Translations under genes and position numbers: made by a program | Origin: Catajapyx aquilonaris | Taxonomy: Eukaryota | Assembly: GCA_000934665.2 (NCBI GenBank) | Contig: JYFJ02000716.1 | Location: 1-64,000 of the forward strand | Length of the DNA: 64,000 nucleotides | Direction of reading: 5' to 3' | Notes under the pieces: generated by a model | The model's database searches: none | The model's input: only the letters and a program-made list of their open reading frames with translations | Told to the model about the DNA's origin: nothing | Shown here: positions 48,416 to 61,800 of the stretch, one piece after another | Numbering within the stretch: position 1 is the stretch's first letter | Layout of the letters: every line of letters begins with the position of its first letter

Positions 48416-51400
48416 TCAATTGAACTTCCTCTTAGGTGAATTGATCCGAAGTGTCATCCGAATGTGTTCCTTCGGGATATCCTTGTCTCCCCATCCCCAC
48501 ACAGGACGTGTTCCATCTCCAGTTCGGAAGGCTCGACTCTGGATAATCTCTGGAGGAACCGTCTTCAGGTCGTAGGCCAAACCAATCCAAGCCAGTAAGT
48601 CGATCAGGAGAGTGTTCACGTTGATTCCTCTTGTGAACCGCAGCTCAGAGGCCCGGTAGTCCCAAGGAAATACGTGGTGGTAATTGTGGAAACCTTCACC
48701 CTGTCCGAGGTAGCCCATCAGAAGGGAGTCTGTTGCGTGAATATTTCTGATGGACGAAAGGGAAACAAATAGAGGTATGTAATGAGAGTAGCGGTTCAAA
48801 ACTGGATTTTGCACGCGAAGTTTTTTAAAAAAAATAAGAGCCACTTGCTCATCACTCTCTTTTTCGGATTCTGGAACATATACAGATCAGTAATCTAGGT
48901 TGACGCAATGATTACAAGTATGTTCTATAGAAATAATTGGAGTGCCTGGTTAGTTAACAGATTGCTGGCAGCTATTGAAGACTGACATAACTATCTGAGA
49001 GTGAAAGTGTGCAAAACTGGAACAATAAATAGTAAGGGCTGGGCTGGTCATACATACTCGTAGCATTAAAATTGCAGGTAAATTTAAAGACGAAAATATA
49101 GATGCACGCCACTTGCGTCTTGCTGCACACTTTTTTCTGTTGTTGTTTTCATAACTTGTTCTCCTTTTCTTTAAGTCACGTGTTTTGGGCCAATGACGCA
49201 GAAAGAGAGAGCAAAATGACTGCAGCTCCTATATCCACCCATACCGGTTCCTCCAACACATTCCGTGCACCAACCTACTGTGGACATGTATGAAAGGTCA
49301 GGATAAGTTTCATGCGCAATATTTTGAATTTTTTTCCGAGTCATTGAACATGTGCTCCTTGTGATTCGTCGGAATTTTAGTGAAATACACAACCGTTCTA
49401 AACTATTTATGTCATTGTTATTTTTAACATCGTAATATAGCTATTATCGATTCCTTATCTGATAACGTCAAACGAAAAAGTAGGTGTACTAATAATTAAC
49501 TTCACTGCTTTCCAGCCACCATACCTAGCACATTGATGTCAATTTCAGATTCTATAACCTTGTGCTAATTCACTTTCTTCTGATAAAGGTGACTATACTC
49601 CGTTCTAACTAGATGTCATATAATCTCTGACCGACAGGGGTTTTACCTCTTACCAAAGAAGCCTGCTGTGAACACCAGTCTAACCAGTGTGATAACCCGA
49701 TAACATTATTTTTGCCGTTACGTAACAGCCGGCCAAAGACCTCACACATGACCATGATGAAGCATATAAACAGCTGAGCAATGTGACTATAAGTCAAAGA
49801 AATAAAAGGAACGTTTCCTATACTCGAAATATTTCATCATCAGACGTTAATCTACTCCTTTTCAGTGTATGGGTGCATTGTTGCCATCAGGTCTAAATTA
49901 TTGATGGATATATAACAAATTCGAAATCATTCTAATATTCTAATAGCTTAACATTCGACAATTTTGAAAGACCTTAAAGTGGAAGGAAAGTCAATGAAAG
50001 TCTCGAAGGAGGTCAGATAGCAGTGTACGTAATAATATTAATAAATTATGCTTCTGTGAATTGCGGAGAGTCCAGTTCCGATACTGACCCATACTCTCAC
50101 TTCAAATGAACTACTTTGTATGGATTCTTTGAACACATTTTCAACCGACCTTATATAAAATATCCTAAGTGAAAAGAATCAAGTCTGTGTATTGAAATAC
50201 GCAGATGCAGCAAAAAAAAATTGTCATAATTATTTGAGATGATTGTGCCACAGCTCTCTGTTTGCTATAACTTATATAATTTTTCAGGCATTATTTTTAA
50301 CAGGCCGCATGTGAAAGTCAACGCACCTGCATGGTAGTAAAATACAAGCCACGAGAGAGCAGCACACACCAACTCTGGGTGGAGAAAAAGCAGGCCAGGA
50401 GTGGCTTTTAAGGATTGAAGGCGGAGGTTTCATGATGGTGTAATTTATGTCACTTCTGTTGATGATTCATTAGGTGACGAACACGCCGTTGGGTTATATC
50501 TCGGAAGAGAAATTCAGATGCCGCACCGCTATATGTTTGCCCATTTTTGTTGTTCCCTATTCAGTTGTTGTCAGCATATTAATTTGAAATTTACCGGTGA
50601 CTCTTGACGGAATTATCTTCCTCACCGACGAGTAATTACAATTTGTCAGACTTCTCGGAAGTGATTTGTTGTTGAATTGATGAAGAACATTAATACCCAT
50701 GTAATATGTCCAGTGAGGAGACCTTCAAATTATGCATTAGACAGCAGCATGAACATTGGTGAAATGCATGCTCATTAACAGCCTTTTTTGGAGCACACAA
50801 TTATACATAATTGAGCGGCTCTTTTTACAAAAAAAGCATTATCTCTTGACATGCCTTAATTGCCTGAAAGCTGTATATATGAATTGTCTGTCACATTGTT
50901 GCTGGCCTACTTCATGTTGTCAAGTCATGTCATGTTATGAGCCATCGCAGATTTTGTTTTTCGTCAATGTAGCTTGCACTCCACCAATTAATCAATCTCA
51001 TAATATGTGTGACAGAAGTCATTACACAAGCTTATAATCTAAAAGTCCAACTTACTTGTCATATGGTCGATTTCCAAAATAATGTGCATAACTGTTGATA
51101 AGCCACGTGAGGTTCAACTGAATCGAATATCTTCCTATTGATCCCAGCAGCCAGCAGGTGAAGTATGTTTCATTGGTGAGTGCTTTCAAAACTATCGTTG
51201 GCACCACCAGAAGGGACAAATATGCCAAAACCATGTAATGCCTGAAGTAACAGATGAGATTGTTTTCAACGAAACGTGATAAAAACTTGCAAAAATGAAA
51301 TGTTACGATGAATACATTATACTGTATTAGTTGATGATATGAATTAATTCGGGCAACATATTATATCATTACATAAGGCGTATGATTATTATTGATGTTA

Positions 51401-53174
51401 CCTGTGTTGCCACATAATGTAAGGATCTTTCTCCAGATCACTCATGTCCACATATTTCCCCTTGTTGAGCACGTCTGGGTGTTTCTTGCACATAAGCCAT
51501 CCCATGTGAGCGAAGAAGAATCCTCTCTTTATGTTGTGAGGATCCGCATTTGTCTCTGTGAACTTGTGATGCACCCTGTGATCTCTGACCCACACGTAGA
51601 GGGAGTTCTGTCCAACAAATTAAATATTAGCAATGAATATTACCAGGCGAAAAAAGGTGATAATGACAAATATTCCGCAGATAAACGCCTGTACTTCATG
51701 CATTGATACAAAAAAAATACTAATTATTGCAATACGTACCTGTACTGATAGGGTTTGCAAAACCAAGAAAAAGAGTCGCAGGGGCAGTTTTGCTTTGTAT
51801 CCTCGGTGTGCCCAGAGGCGATGAGCACCTGCTGCTATTCCGAAGTTGCATATTGACCCATATGCAAAACCTGAAATGAATTAGAATTAACTACTGTATT
51901 ATTTGGCGTGTTTACTATAAGACTCCAAATTCATTAAAATCTGGACGAAAATGTAAAAAACTTGGACCTGTTGCGCAAAGGTTTGGCTATTGGGAAATGT
52001 TTTTCGTCACATATTAGCCACAGTATGAAATTCGCTACTGAAAGGTACCGGTATATAAATGCACTCTGGCCATATTTTCCCCTATACATTTTCATACAGA
52101 ATAATAAAAGTAAGTTCGGAAAGAAACCTTCGTGATGGACAGTAATTTAGATAATATTTCCCTTTATTGAATGTATTCCTACAAGTTAACAGCCCTTTCA
52201 CTTGGGCCATGTAAAGCTTTCTTCGTCTTATTTACTGTTTCCTTCCATTCAAAACACGTTTAAGGCTATCAGTTGTTATAAATAATTCTGAAGGTGAAAT
52301 GGTTTACTTATTATACTACAGGCTACATGTTTTGTTTTGCAAGTTTTATAACAGTAATTTATATTCACCTACTTCACATAGGACAGGATATCACTCTTAC
52401 TCGTGCCATGTGGTGACGTGACTTGCGATATTGAAAATACAGTTAACTTTCATTTTCTTGCTTATAAAGCAATGGAGAGGAGTGATGATATGCAAGAATT
52501 TCCTGCGTGCCAAACCCAGTTACGTGATTAATTTGTCATTTTTCTTCGAGTTCAACAGACCAGGAAGACTTATTTTCCGTGTTCTTGCTCCCACTCTAGC
52601 AATTATACTCTGTGGCAGCATGAAAGAAGTGGTTTTTTTTCTCTCTTAAAGTGAACGCCCAAATCCATTTTGCATTCACTAATAGGTCCCTACCATTAAT
52701 ACTATCCTTTTAAAACACCCTCATTTAAGATATTAATAAATGCAATATGCGACCTTGAAAGTTCTTCTGTGCAAATTGCAGCATTATTTATATTTTTATA
52801 ATAATGTAATGACGCTTAGAGTTAATCCTCTTTTTCTGCACATGCTACCTTATGACGATTTTATGAGATTACGCGACAATTTGTTCAATGTCAAAGAGTG
52901 TAAACGCACCTGCTGCGAATGTTCTAAAAGCAAGGCTTCCGCTGGCAATTAAATACACCGTGTACAGTCCGACTCCATGAATGAATATGGATCCCAGGAT
53001 ATTCCTCCAAACTAGATCCTTCAGTTTCACGGACACCTTTTCGTTGCTTTCTTTTTTCTCAATGTCGTGAATGATTTTCGGTTGAATGTCTCCATCCTCC
53101 TCGCTCAAAACACCGGTGAATTCTGGTACTCGATCCTTCTCCATGTTTGTTGTCGGGTATTCGCTGAAAGACAT
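48416..53174 (-). CDS. Acyl-CoA desaturase, copy C, ~372 aa, signature HATD
   Basis: Exons 53174 (or 53144)-52910, 51870-51740, 51607-51402, 51241-51056, 48746-48416. His boxes HRLWAH, HRVHH, HNYHH. Confidence 0.92.
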
Positions 53175-55482
53175 GAGAATATTAATTATTTGTATACAGA
53201 ACCTTGCAAAAAATTATTATTATGCATCTAAATAGCCATAAGCTGGATTTACGCTTTGTGGCTTTGAAGATTGCACATTTAAGAATCACTGCAGCGTGAC
53301 ATGCAGAAGCACTTAGTGTAATATGTAATTTATCCGGCTAATATCACGACAAGGTGCTGATAATATCAATCAGATTAACCATTCAGTTTGAGTTAATAAG
53401 ATATTTCCTTAACTGTATACACACCATACAGAATAAAACGCAATTATCCGGTACTCTCTCAAAAATAATTATTATCTACTAAGAATAAGTATGATGCATT
53501 CTATGTGCTTCTCTCTGACATGACACTCTTTAGGCGGTGTAATTATATTCTCCCAGCAAGTAACTTATATTTCTTAATGTTTCGCAAAGAAAGTACCGCT
53601 ATTATTTGTTTAATGTCTCTGATGATTAGTTTGTAACGGAAAGCCATGGCAAGAAGAGAGAAAAAAATTTATACGTCTGATGAATTTACGACTTCCGAGT
53701 TAGCGGCCATGCGTGAGGCGTTTCTGCTGACACATTTGTGTTACAATGCCGGAAAAGTGTGTGTGTCTGCTGATGTGCTGCACAATCACCCAGCACCAAC
53801 AATGTAGGTGATCCACTGCCCCGGACATCATTCTCGTGGTGCTAATTGTCGAATCCGTGCACCGGCAAGAGAAAGGATGAACCGCGTTGTTTACAGTTAG
53901 GGTTTAATTAAAATTGTATGGTGTGTTTCATTGCTAAGGAAGGTAAGACTTTGAGGGAGGTTAAGAATGGGAACATTTATACAGTGATAAATTCGTGTCA
54001 CTTCGTCTTGGTGGGATTAGAGAGTCTATAGTGATAGCCTGTGTTACTTGGAAAGCATGGCAGCTCTGAAGTAATTGAAGAATTGCCTGCTAGTTAGCCC
54101 ATTTCGTATGACAGTGAGGTTTGAAGAAAATTGGAGATTTTCTTCTCAATCAGTACAAATTGTGCTAATTAACTGTCAAAAATATTGTAATTGTCGATAC
54201 GAAGAGTTGTGCACAGCTGTAAGTTCGCAGTTAAAGAGGGGCATTGGGGAAAGGTTACACACGATTGATTGCTTCAGAAACAAAATTGCAAAGAATTGTA
54301 ACAATATGAGAATATACCCAGCAGCTGCGAATACCATACTTTTTGTACTTTATTTTTGAAATATTGGCAATAGGCCATAAAGGAAAAAAAACCCACGAAG
54401 TGACGTAATTAAATTAATAAATAATATCGTACTTTTAACAACAACCTTACGCACAACCATGACTGACCAGTGCGTGCACTGTTCATTCTTGACATTATAC
54501 TACAGTATAACGAAGAAGCTACAGTTTTATTGTTTTCAAAATATCCTCGACCTTCTGGGCTTCTCTTTTGTAACTTCTGACCATCAAGGGAATTCATGTA
54601 ATGCGTGTCTTGGAATCCCACCTTAGCATATGAGCAAGGGCGCGATATGAGAACAAGGTGTTGTTCATATTTTTAAAAAAACAACTTCATAGTCCATATG
54701 AATGTATGAGAATAGCATGTTTGGGCGAGAATTTTCGAGCGCCCTTTTTGTGGCTCAAGATCATGCATGCTAGAATAATAATTGCTCGTAATTACCACAC
54801 CTGCAAGACATTCAGGCAATGGAGTTAATATTTCTCAGCATCAGCAATGAATATCGGATTGAAACCCATTGGAACATCTGGAACAAGCTGTATGCAAATA
54901 AAAATTGACAAAATTTGCCTATAAGCTGTAGTTGGTGGCGTACTTTGTGCCAAGTTCTATTGCCAGTTACTATACTTGTTCCCTTGTTCTGACTCTTCGG
55001 ATCGCTTTTATACTACCTGACATACAGCTTTCTTGTTTTTCTGTTTGCGGGTTTAGGTGCCAAAATATGTGACCCAAACCCTCTTTTCGCGTTCCTTTTC
55101 CCATTTCCAATTTCTTTTTATTATTTTCTGGGGAGCTCGGGGTCGTCCACATGATCGTTACGGTATTGTTTATTGCTTTTATAGTCCTAAAACCCGTTTG
55201 AGGGGTTATAACAAGTACTGTGCAGTACAGTGTAGTCTCGAGTTTACTGTGCAGCCTTTGATCTCTGACTGCACTGAGGCAAAGGGCATGTCATCACCAC
55301 AAAGGAATGCATAGAGTCCCTACATATATACAGAAAAGGGAGCTTAAAACACGTGGCTTTCAGAGGGCTTTGTGCATTATTCCTTCGCTGCTTACCGAGA
55401 ATTGACCAGCTGGAGTGGAAATCTCCAAGAATGAATCATACCACATGTTTGTCCAACTTGGATATTCCCCAGTGTTGACAAA

Positions 55483-55684
55483 ATTCGACTTATTAATAGT
55501 AAAAGTGCTGTGGAGTTCACAAAAATATATTCGACTTATCGAGAAAATATAGAGTTATACAAATTCGAGCTATCGGAATTTTCAATTTGCATTACAGTAC
55601 ATGGAGAATACACCAAGTCAAAGATTTTCTTCGACTTATCGAGAATTTCGAGTTATCGGTATTCTAGTTATCGGGATTTGACTG
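55483..55684. mobile_element. One-ended pogo/Tigger-like MITE fragment
   Basis: TTCGACTTATC / TTCGAGTTATC subrepeats ending GGGATTTGACTG-TA; same architecture as 42435-43017. Confidence 0.55.
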
Positions 55685-55927
55685 TATAACAAAATAAGTG
55701 GAAGATCTTGGGGAGGCGTGGTGGACGATTTAAGACGTGATGTGACACTTTATGTTAGATATGCAATGTACGTACGCAGGCTACATGCAGTGAAATAAGT
55801 GCGGGAACATTTTCAGTTCTCTTTGCTACAAAGTGTAAATTGAATGACTTACTCAACCAAAAACTACATGCAAATAAGAATTCTGTAGTATCATATTAAA
55901 GACGCTTAATATTATGTATTTTTAGCA

Positions 55928-56840
55928 TCACAAAATAATTGTGTCCGGCACAAAATGGAAAATATTGATGGCCAACCGTGGTGGACTTATAGGAATTATT
56001 TTGGGATAATCCCAGCACAATAATTATTGACGGTTAATAAATTAAGCGAAACGATTTTCGGACGGGGGTTCAATGTAAATAAAATACATTCGGAACTTTG
56101 GGTGCTCCCTTCCGAGCGCTCATTTTTGTTTCTTTTTGTGAAAAGAACAAAAATTGTCCTGGTTGTAACAAGCGTTTATTTGTGCTGCACAACTATATTG
56201 TCAGGGAAACAAAATTGTTCTGGCATAAATTTTGTCCAGAACAAAAATTATGACGGTGGAAACAGACCTGTGTTTCACCGGAATTTAATTATGGTACAGC
56301 TTTTACACAATATTCATACGCAGTAGGTTCTCAGGACGAATTTTATTTTATTTCTCCATAAAGCTGCAATTACCCGTTACCAGTTTTTCCTCGTTACAGG
56401 CAATAAACAACTAAGGAATCCAAATGTGCCACATCTGTTTTAGTACAATGTTCAAATTCAAATTATCGTTTATTAATAGTGCTTAGATAAATACTGACCC
56501 AAAGGCCTGTTTCCACCGGCATAATTTTTCAGCAAAAAAATAAAAGCACAAATTCAAACAGTGCGAAATTATTCCAAAGTACAAAATTTTGAACTTTTCA
56601 CAAAATAATAATATTGTGCCCGGCACAAAATGGAAATACAAGATGTTCAACCGCGGTGGACTTATCAGAATTATTTTTGCGATAATTCAAGCCCAATATG
56701 ACGGTTAAATTTAGCTTTTCAAAAGGGGTTCAATTTATATAAAATACATTCAGAACTTTGGGTGCTCCCTTCCGAGCGCTCATTTTTGTTTCGTTTTGTG
56801 AAAATGATAACAAAATTTGTCCTGGTTCTGAAACACCCTG
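55928..56840 (-). mobile_element. Tc1/mariner-like non-autonomous relic with an internal ~235-bp direct duplication
   Basis: 55928-56165 repeats at 56599-56827; ends GAAACACCCTG-TA (reverse complement TA-CAGGGTGTTTC, a typical Tc1/mariner end). Confidence 0.55.
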
Positions 56841-57017
56841 TATAATAGGCCTACCAATATTATAAAAACTAAATGTAGTCAGGCATGTCTCATAAAGTTA
56901 TTATTCTGGCCAAAATCCATTGATGTATTAGCAAATAGAAAATATTTAGACTTCTCTCAAGTATCAGAATTGTATGATGCTGAGTAGCCAGTATGGTGAG
57001 AGAGATGAATAACGAGT

Positions 57018-57254
57018 ACTTACATTTTCGGGAGCTTGTCGGAGTGTGGAGTGATGGTCTCGTTGCCTTGAAGAGAGGAGTAATTGTAAAGGCGGTAACC
57101 TGGTCTCCAGTTGGAGGCAGGTGCGATGAGGCGTCTGAGAGTGGCCAGCCAGCCGGAAGGGCCCTCTTCCCTTAATGGCTCCCGACTCTTCAGGATGGCA
57201 TGATTGCGTGACTAATGCGTGTGCTTAACTGTGCGACACTCACATTCACCCTAC
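57018..57254 (-). promoter_or_regulatory. Putative non-coding first exon and promoter of desaturase C
   Basis: GC-richer block ending in an AAAAT|GTAAGT donor (~57023-57018), the same AT|GTAAGT junction as at ~29401; SRE-like TCACCCTAC at 57246-57254. Confidence 0.35.
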
Positions 57255-58882
57255 AGGGTGGTGCACTCACCAACGCCTCCCAAGGAAAAGAAAGAAAAAC
57301 CACTCCGGAAACCACCTTAAAAAATGAAGCAAGCCAATTTTTGCATTTTGCTTCACCTCATTGAGGATGTTAATCACTTCATATCTCATGTGTCAAACTC
57401 TGGTTATACATCAACAGTGCATGACCCTGTGCACAGTAGTCATACGCATGAGGCCCGGTGGTCCGAAGCAAGTGATGGGAACATTTCTCGGCTTCCGGAC
57501 AACAATGCAAGGAAGTCTAAGGGACAATGATCATTAGCATATGGCTTATCTTTAAGGCTTATAATGGAAGTGCTACACAGTATACTGTGTCTGAGGGCTA
57601 TAAAAGTATGAGAATGCGGTTCAGCAGGAGGTTTACTGCTACCGGCGCTGTGGAGAAACAGAAAGGGAGCTGCGATGGTAATAAATTGCTAAGGAGAGAA
57701 TGAGCATTTCCGGATGTTGTCACGACACTTCTAAACGTCAGGTCGTCGACGATTAGCTTGTCTCAATATGTGCAATGTGATAAGTGAAAGAGATTACTTA
57801 CAGTGCAAGTACTTCGAAATTTTATGACTTAATTACCAGACGGTATGTAAAGTTTTTGCTGCCATTACGTCCAGAGTCCTAGTCATGAGAGTGTCCAAGC
57901 GGGACTACATTAAATATATTTCTGCTCATCTTAAAAATTGGTTTGGGAATAAACAATCCAAGACTTTATCATTAAGACCTGAGCAGTGCACCTCCCTGTA
58001 CGTGATGAGAGTTTTTAGAACATAAATCTGTGGTTCTCAGGGGCAAGTAATTTTACTGCCGCTGTCATGTTGCAGGAAAGTGTTTAATTATCCTCTTCTG
58101 TTATGAATGACAGCACCTTCTGCACCTTCTGCACCTTCTACGTTTCCAGTTACTAACCACGCGAATAGAAATTATTCGCTGCTTCGTGAAATCGTATACC
58201 TTAACTTTTCGCTTTTTTAACACGCACCTAGTTTTTGGGCAGTTTCAGTTTAGTACCTCGTCTGGCATGTGTCGTCACGAATCATTTGACGGCTCCCTGT
58301 GACATGGTCTCAGTTGAGTGTTATTTACTATGTACCACCGAGGCATGAACTATACCTCCGTCACACAGTAACGCATATCTGGGCTTCCACACCCATCGTA
58401 AACGGGTAGTTTACGCGTGAACCGGAGCTAACATAAAACACATAATTATCGAACTTGTGTGCGAAACAAGGTAGCATAATTATTCACAAAATAATTTTTG
58501 CTTATGTAGTATCCATATATAGGTCAAAGCATTTCGAACAAAACCGGGCCATTCATTATATTATGGACTAGGAAATTACTTGCATCCTGCATAATTACGA
58601 CAAATTGAAAGAAATCCTAATCTGGCTCACAATAATTACTAGACATGTAACACCTTTACTGTTTTACAAGCAAGCACATGAAGGTGCTTCATCATCTGAA
58701 GTACATTTTTTATACAACTATCTTAGTACAGTATTATGTTCTCAACTTCTCATAAAATGTAGTGGATTTAGCTGCAAAAAAGGTCATCCAAATGCTATGA
58801 TTAATTAAACGTAATGACGATTCAACTTTTGTATGACTGCGCCTGTGTGTATGGCATTTTGTTTATTGCCAGTAAGTAAATT

Positions 58883-61800
58883 TTAATGCAGGTGGTTTTG
58901 GACGGAGTTTCTTCTGGAACTGCCGAAAGTTCGAAGTGATTTCATGAATGCTTCCCACGGTTCCAAATATTTCGCACACAGAAAGTAATTGCTTTCAGGT
59001 AAACTTGTGCCCAACTTGTAAGACTTGGCAGCATCCTGCGCGCTGAGGAGAAAGTCTGTAGCCCTGCTTATTCTTGACTCCACTTCTTCTTTCTGGTGCT
59101 GAAAAAAAAATTAATAGAGCAAGTTAAATATCTCAGCCATATTACTCAGAAGTTGATTAGTCAGAACCAGTCTGTTACACGTTAGTTAAAATTACTGCTC
59201 ACTCTATTCTTCACTTACTACTGTACACGCTATATTATATTAATTGCAACAAATATTGGAGAATTGTTTTAAAATCATACAAATAATTACCTAAGCACAG
59301 AATCTTCTGCTCTTAGCAATTACTAGCCTATAAAACAAAACCCATGCGTTAAAATCCACGAAACAACTTGAACGTAAATAATTAATAAATTGCAAATTGC
59401 AATTTAATGAAAGTCATGTACGTAATACCTGAACATTTCTAAAACATTGCTTTCAGCGTGAAAAAGAGGCATGCTAATTTTGTAGGTTTCAATGACGTGT
59501 GGCCTTCTCTCAGCAAAAATCATCTGAGAGTTCGAGAATAATAACGTGCTTAAACACTCCCCTTTTGCCTCCCAAATTATATGCTATTGTTTCCCTAACA
59601 CTGTAATCCGTGCGTCATTTTAGGTCAATGACGGTGGAACATAATAATTGCATAATGCGCATCTTACTCATATCGAAGTGATGCACATTACGTTACGAAA
59701 TCCAAAGTGTTTCGTTATAGTTAATTAAGTGGTGGCAGCTGCATGTACATATTACTTACATTTTCAGTTACATAACAACCATTCTCGTCAGAACCCACTA
59801 ACCTGAAGGAAGCCATCGGGTTCTTGTAGTTTATGTCGCATCGCATGGGATCGTCTCCTGGTCCTTACTCGTTCAGAAGTGTTATTCAAAATAGGATTTC
59901 TGTACAGGGTGATTACAGCCATGTCGTCTGAGTCTGCAATTCAACACGTTCACGTTTCAACAGTCGTGTCTTACATACATGCCATTTATATATACATACG
60001 TAGATGCAAGCCCGTACCTTTCTCCGTGTTATTAGTAGCATCATCCTGGCCCAAAGCTACGCTCACAAGGTCGGACAAAAGTGGCAGAAAGTACGACCTG
60101 CCCATCACATCAGCCGATCTTGTCCTATAAATAGTTGATCTCGGATTTTCAAACAGCATGCACATGGCGAGAAACTTCCTGCAACCGCACATGTCGACGA
60201 AATTGGATTTAAGTTTTCATGTACACATGTTGATACGTACATAAATCATGATGTACAGAAATTGCATCGAAAGTAATAACCTGTATTCCACATGCCGCCA
60301 GGACTTGACTTCTCTCCAAACTGGTCTGATCCGAAAAACAGCCGGGCTTTTGAGGCCATTCAGAATGCTATTGCAGGAATGCAGGTTGTGAATCGAGTGG
60401 CATTGTCGAGCCACATTGATCCAGTGGGTTACCACCGAGGCACAATGCTGCATCGGGGGCAAAAATAAACATGAGCAAATATGTATGTCTGTCAACTGTG
60501 CAGAAACTTGTTCGGCCATAAAAGTCATCGTTAGTGATGCGTTATTAGGAAGAAGTGTTAATTTTTTTTTCTCCCCCGCCTCCCTCCGGATCGACAAGGT
60601 TTACTGACCTGCGAAACGGGAGTTGATTTTCATAGGACCTACTTACTTCCAAACTAGTCGCGCGAACAACTTCGGTGGCAACAAGGGATGCAACGCGATG
60701 AGAAAAACTTGCATAATTAGCCAAGTGAGGAATGAGAGCAAGCGACACTCCTCTAGAAAGACTCCCTATTTCGCATTCAGGAATCTGCACAAATATGAAA
60801 ATAAATAAATATCATTTTTTTTTTTAAAAAAAGGTGAAATCGACATTTTGTGAAACTTTTATCGGGCATTGAACATTCTGCTTTTTTTTTGCAGTGGGTT
60901 AAAATCGCTTGCAATCTGAGCTTCTATGCGCTGTACTGTGAACTGTAAAGGCACAAAGCGTGAAAAATGTAGTGAAAAGGCAGGGGCTGCGGGGGAGGAC
61001 CTGAATGAAAAACTCGCAGTCAATCCGCGTCAGCTGAAAAGCCAGGCAGTTGCTGTCCATGTCCAAAAAGTTGAGCGTAATGGCGGTGTCGAGGACGATT
61101 CCGAGCTTTTGCCGAGCAAATCCAGCGTCTGCAAAGAGAGAGAGAGAGAAATCATGCATTGTCTGTTATTCACTTGATCATCAAAAGGGGATATTATAGT
61201 CCGCGCTTCGATCATACAAAAAAAAATAAGAGTGTTTGAAAAGTGAAAGGAATACTTTACCTGACAGAGTTTTTGAATTGCGATGCAGGCTGTTGATCTG
61301 CGGTTGAATTTTCGCCAGCAAGAATTTCTAAAATTTGAATATAAATTATAATTCGTCCTTATTTTATAGTGCAAATAAATATCGGTAGGCTATACATGAA
61401 AATAAGATTTGCGCTCAATTGTTGTGAATTTCATGGCTCATGGTTTCTTCATATTTGCAAATTATTATTTTTTAAAGCAGAGGATAAACAATTACATCAG
61501 TAGTCATATACTCATGTACTGCTGCCATCTGCTTCAAACCGAATTGTTGCTTGCGGGTTCGGCAGATGGCAGCAAAACATCGGGAACACTCTTGGAGTAC
61601 AGGGTTTCATTATAATTATTACGAACCACGAGACCCCCGGCATCGGTTTTAAACATATAAGGTCTCCTATAATTGCAGTCCTCCCATCATTACGTGCAAT
61701 GGGTCATTACCTGCTCCATGTACAGAAGCCTGAATGATAGAGGGCAGTAGGCTATTCCAGGGGTCCAGAAAAATATGGGGTTTTCCACGGTGGCTGCTCT

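Noticed and set aside
54770..54900. Possible Tc1 transposase relic (DNA resembling QDNARPH and DLNPIE coding motifs)
   Set aside because: Too degenerate to support without an alignment; no TIR or TSD found.
59290..59530. Additional RasGEF-gene exons near 59523-59428 and 59323-59291
   Set aside because: Splice-like signals exist, but I could not make the phases join without a stop codon, so they are left out of the model.
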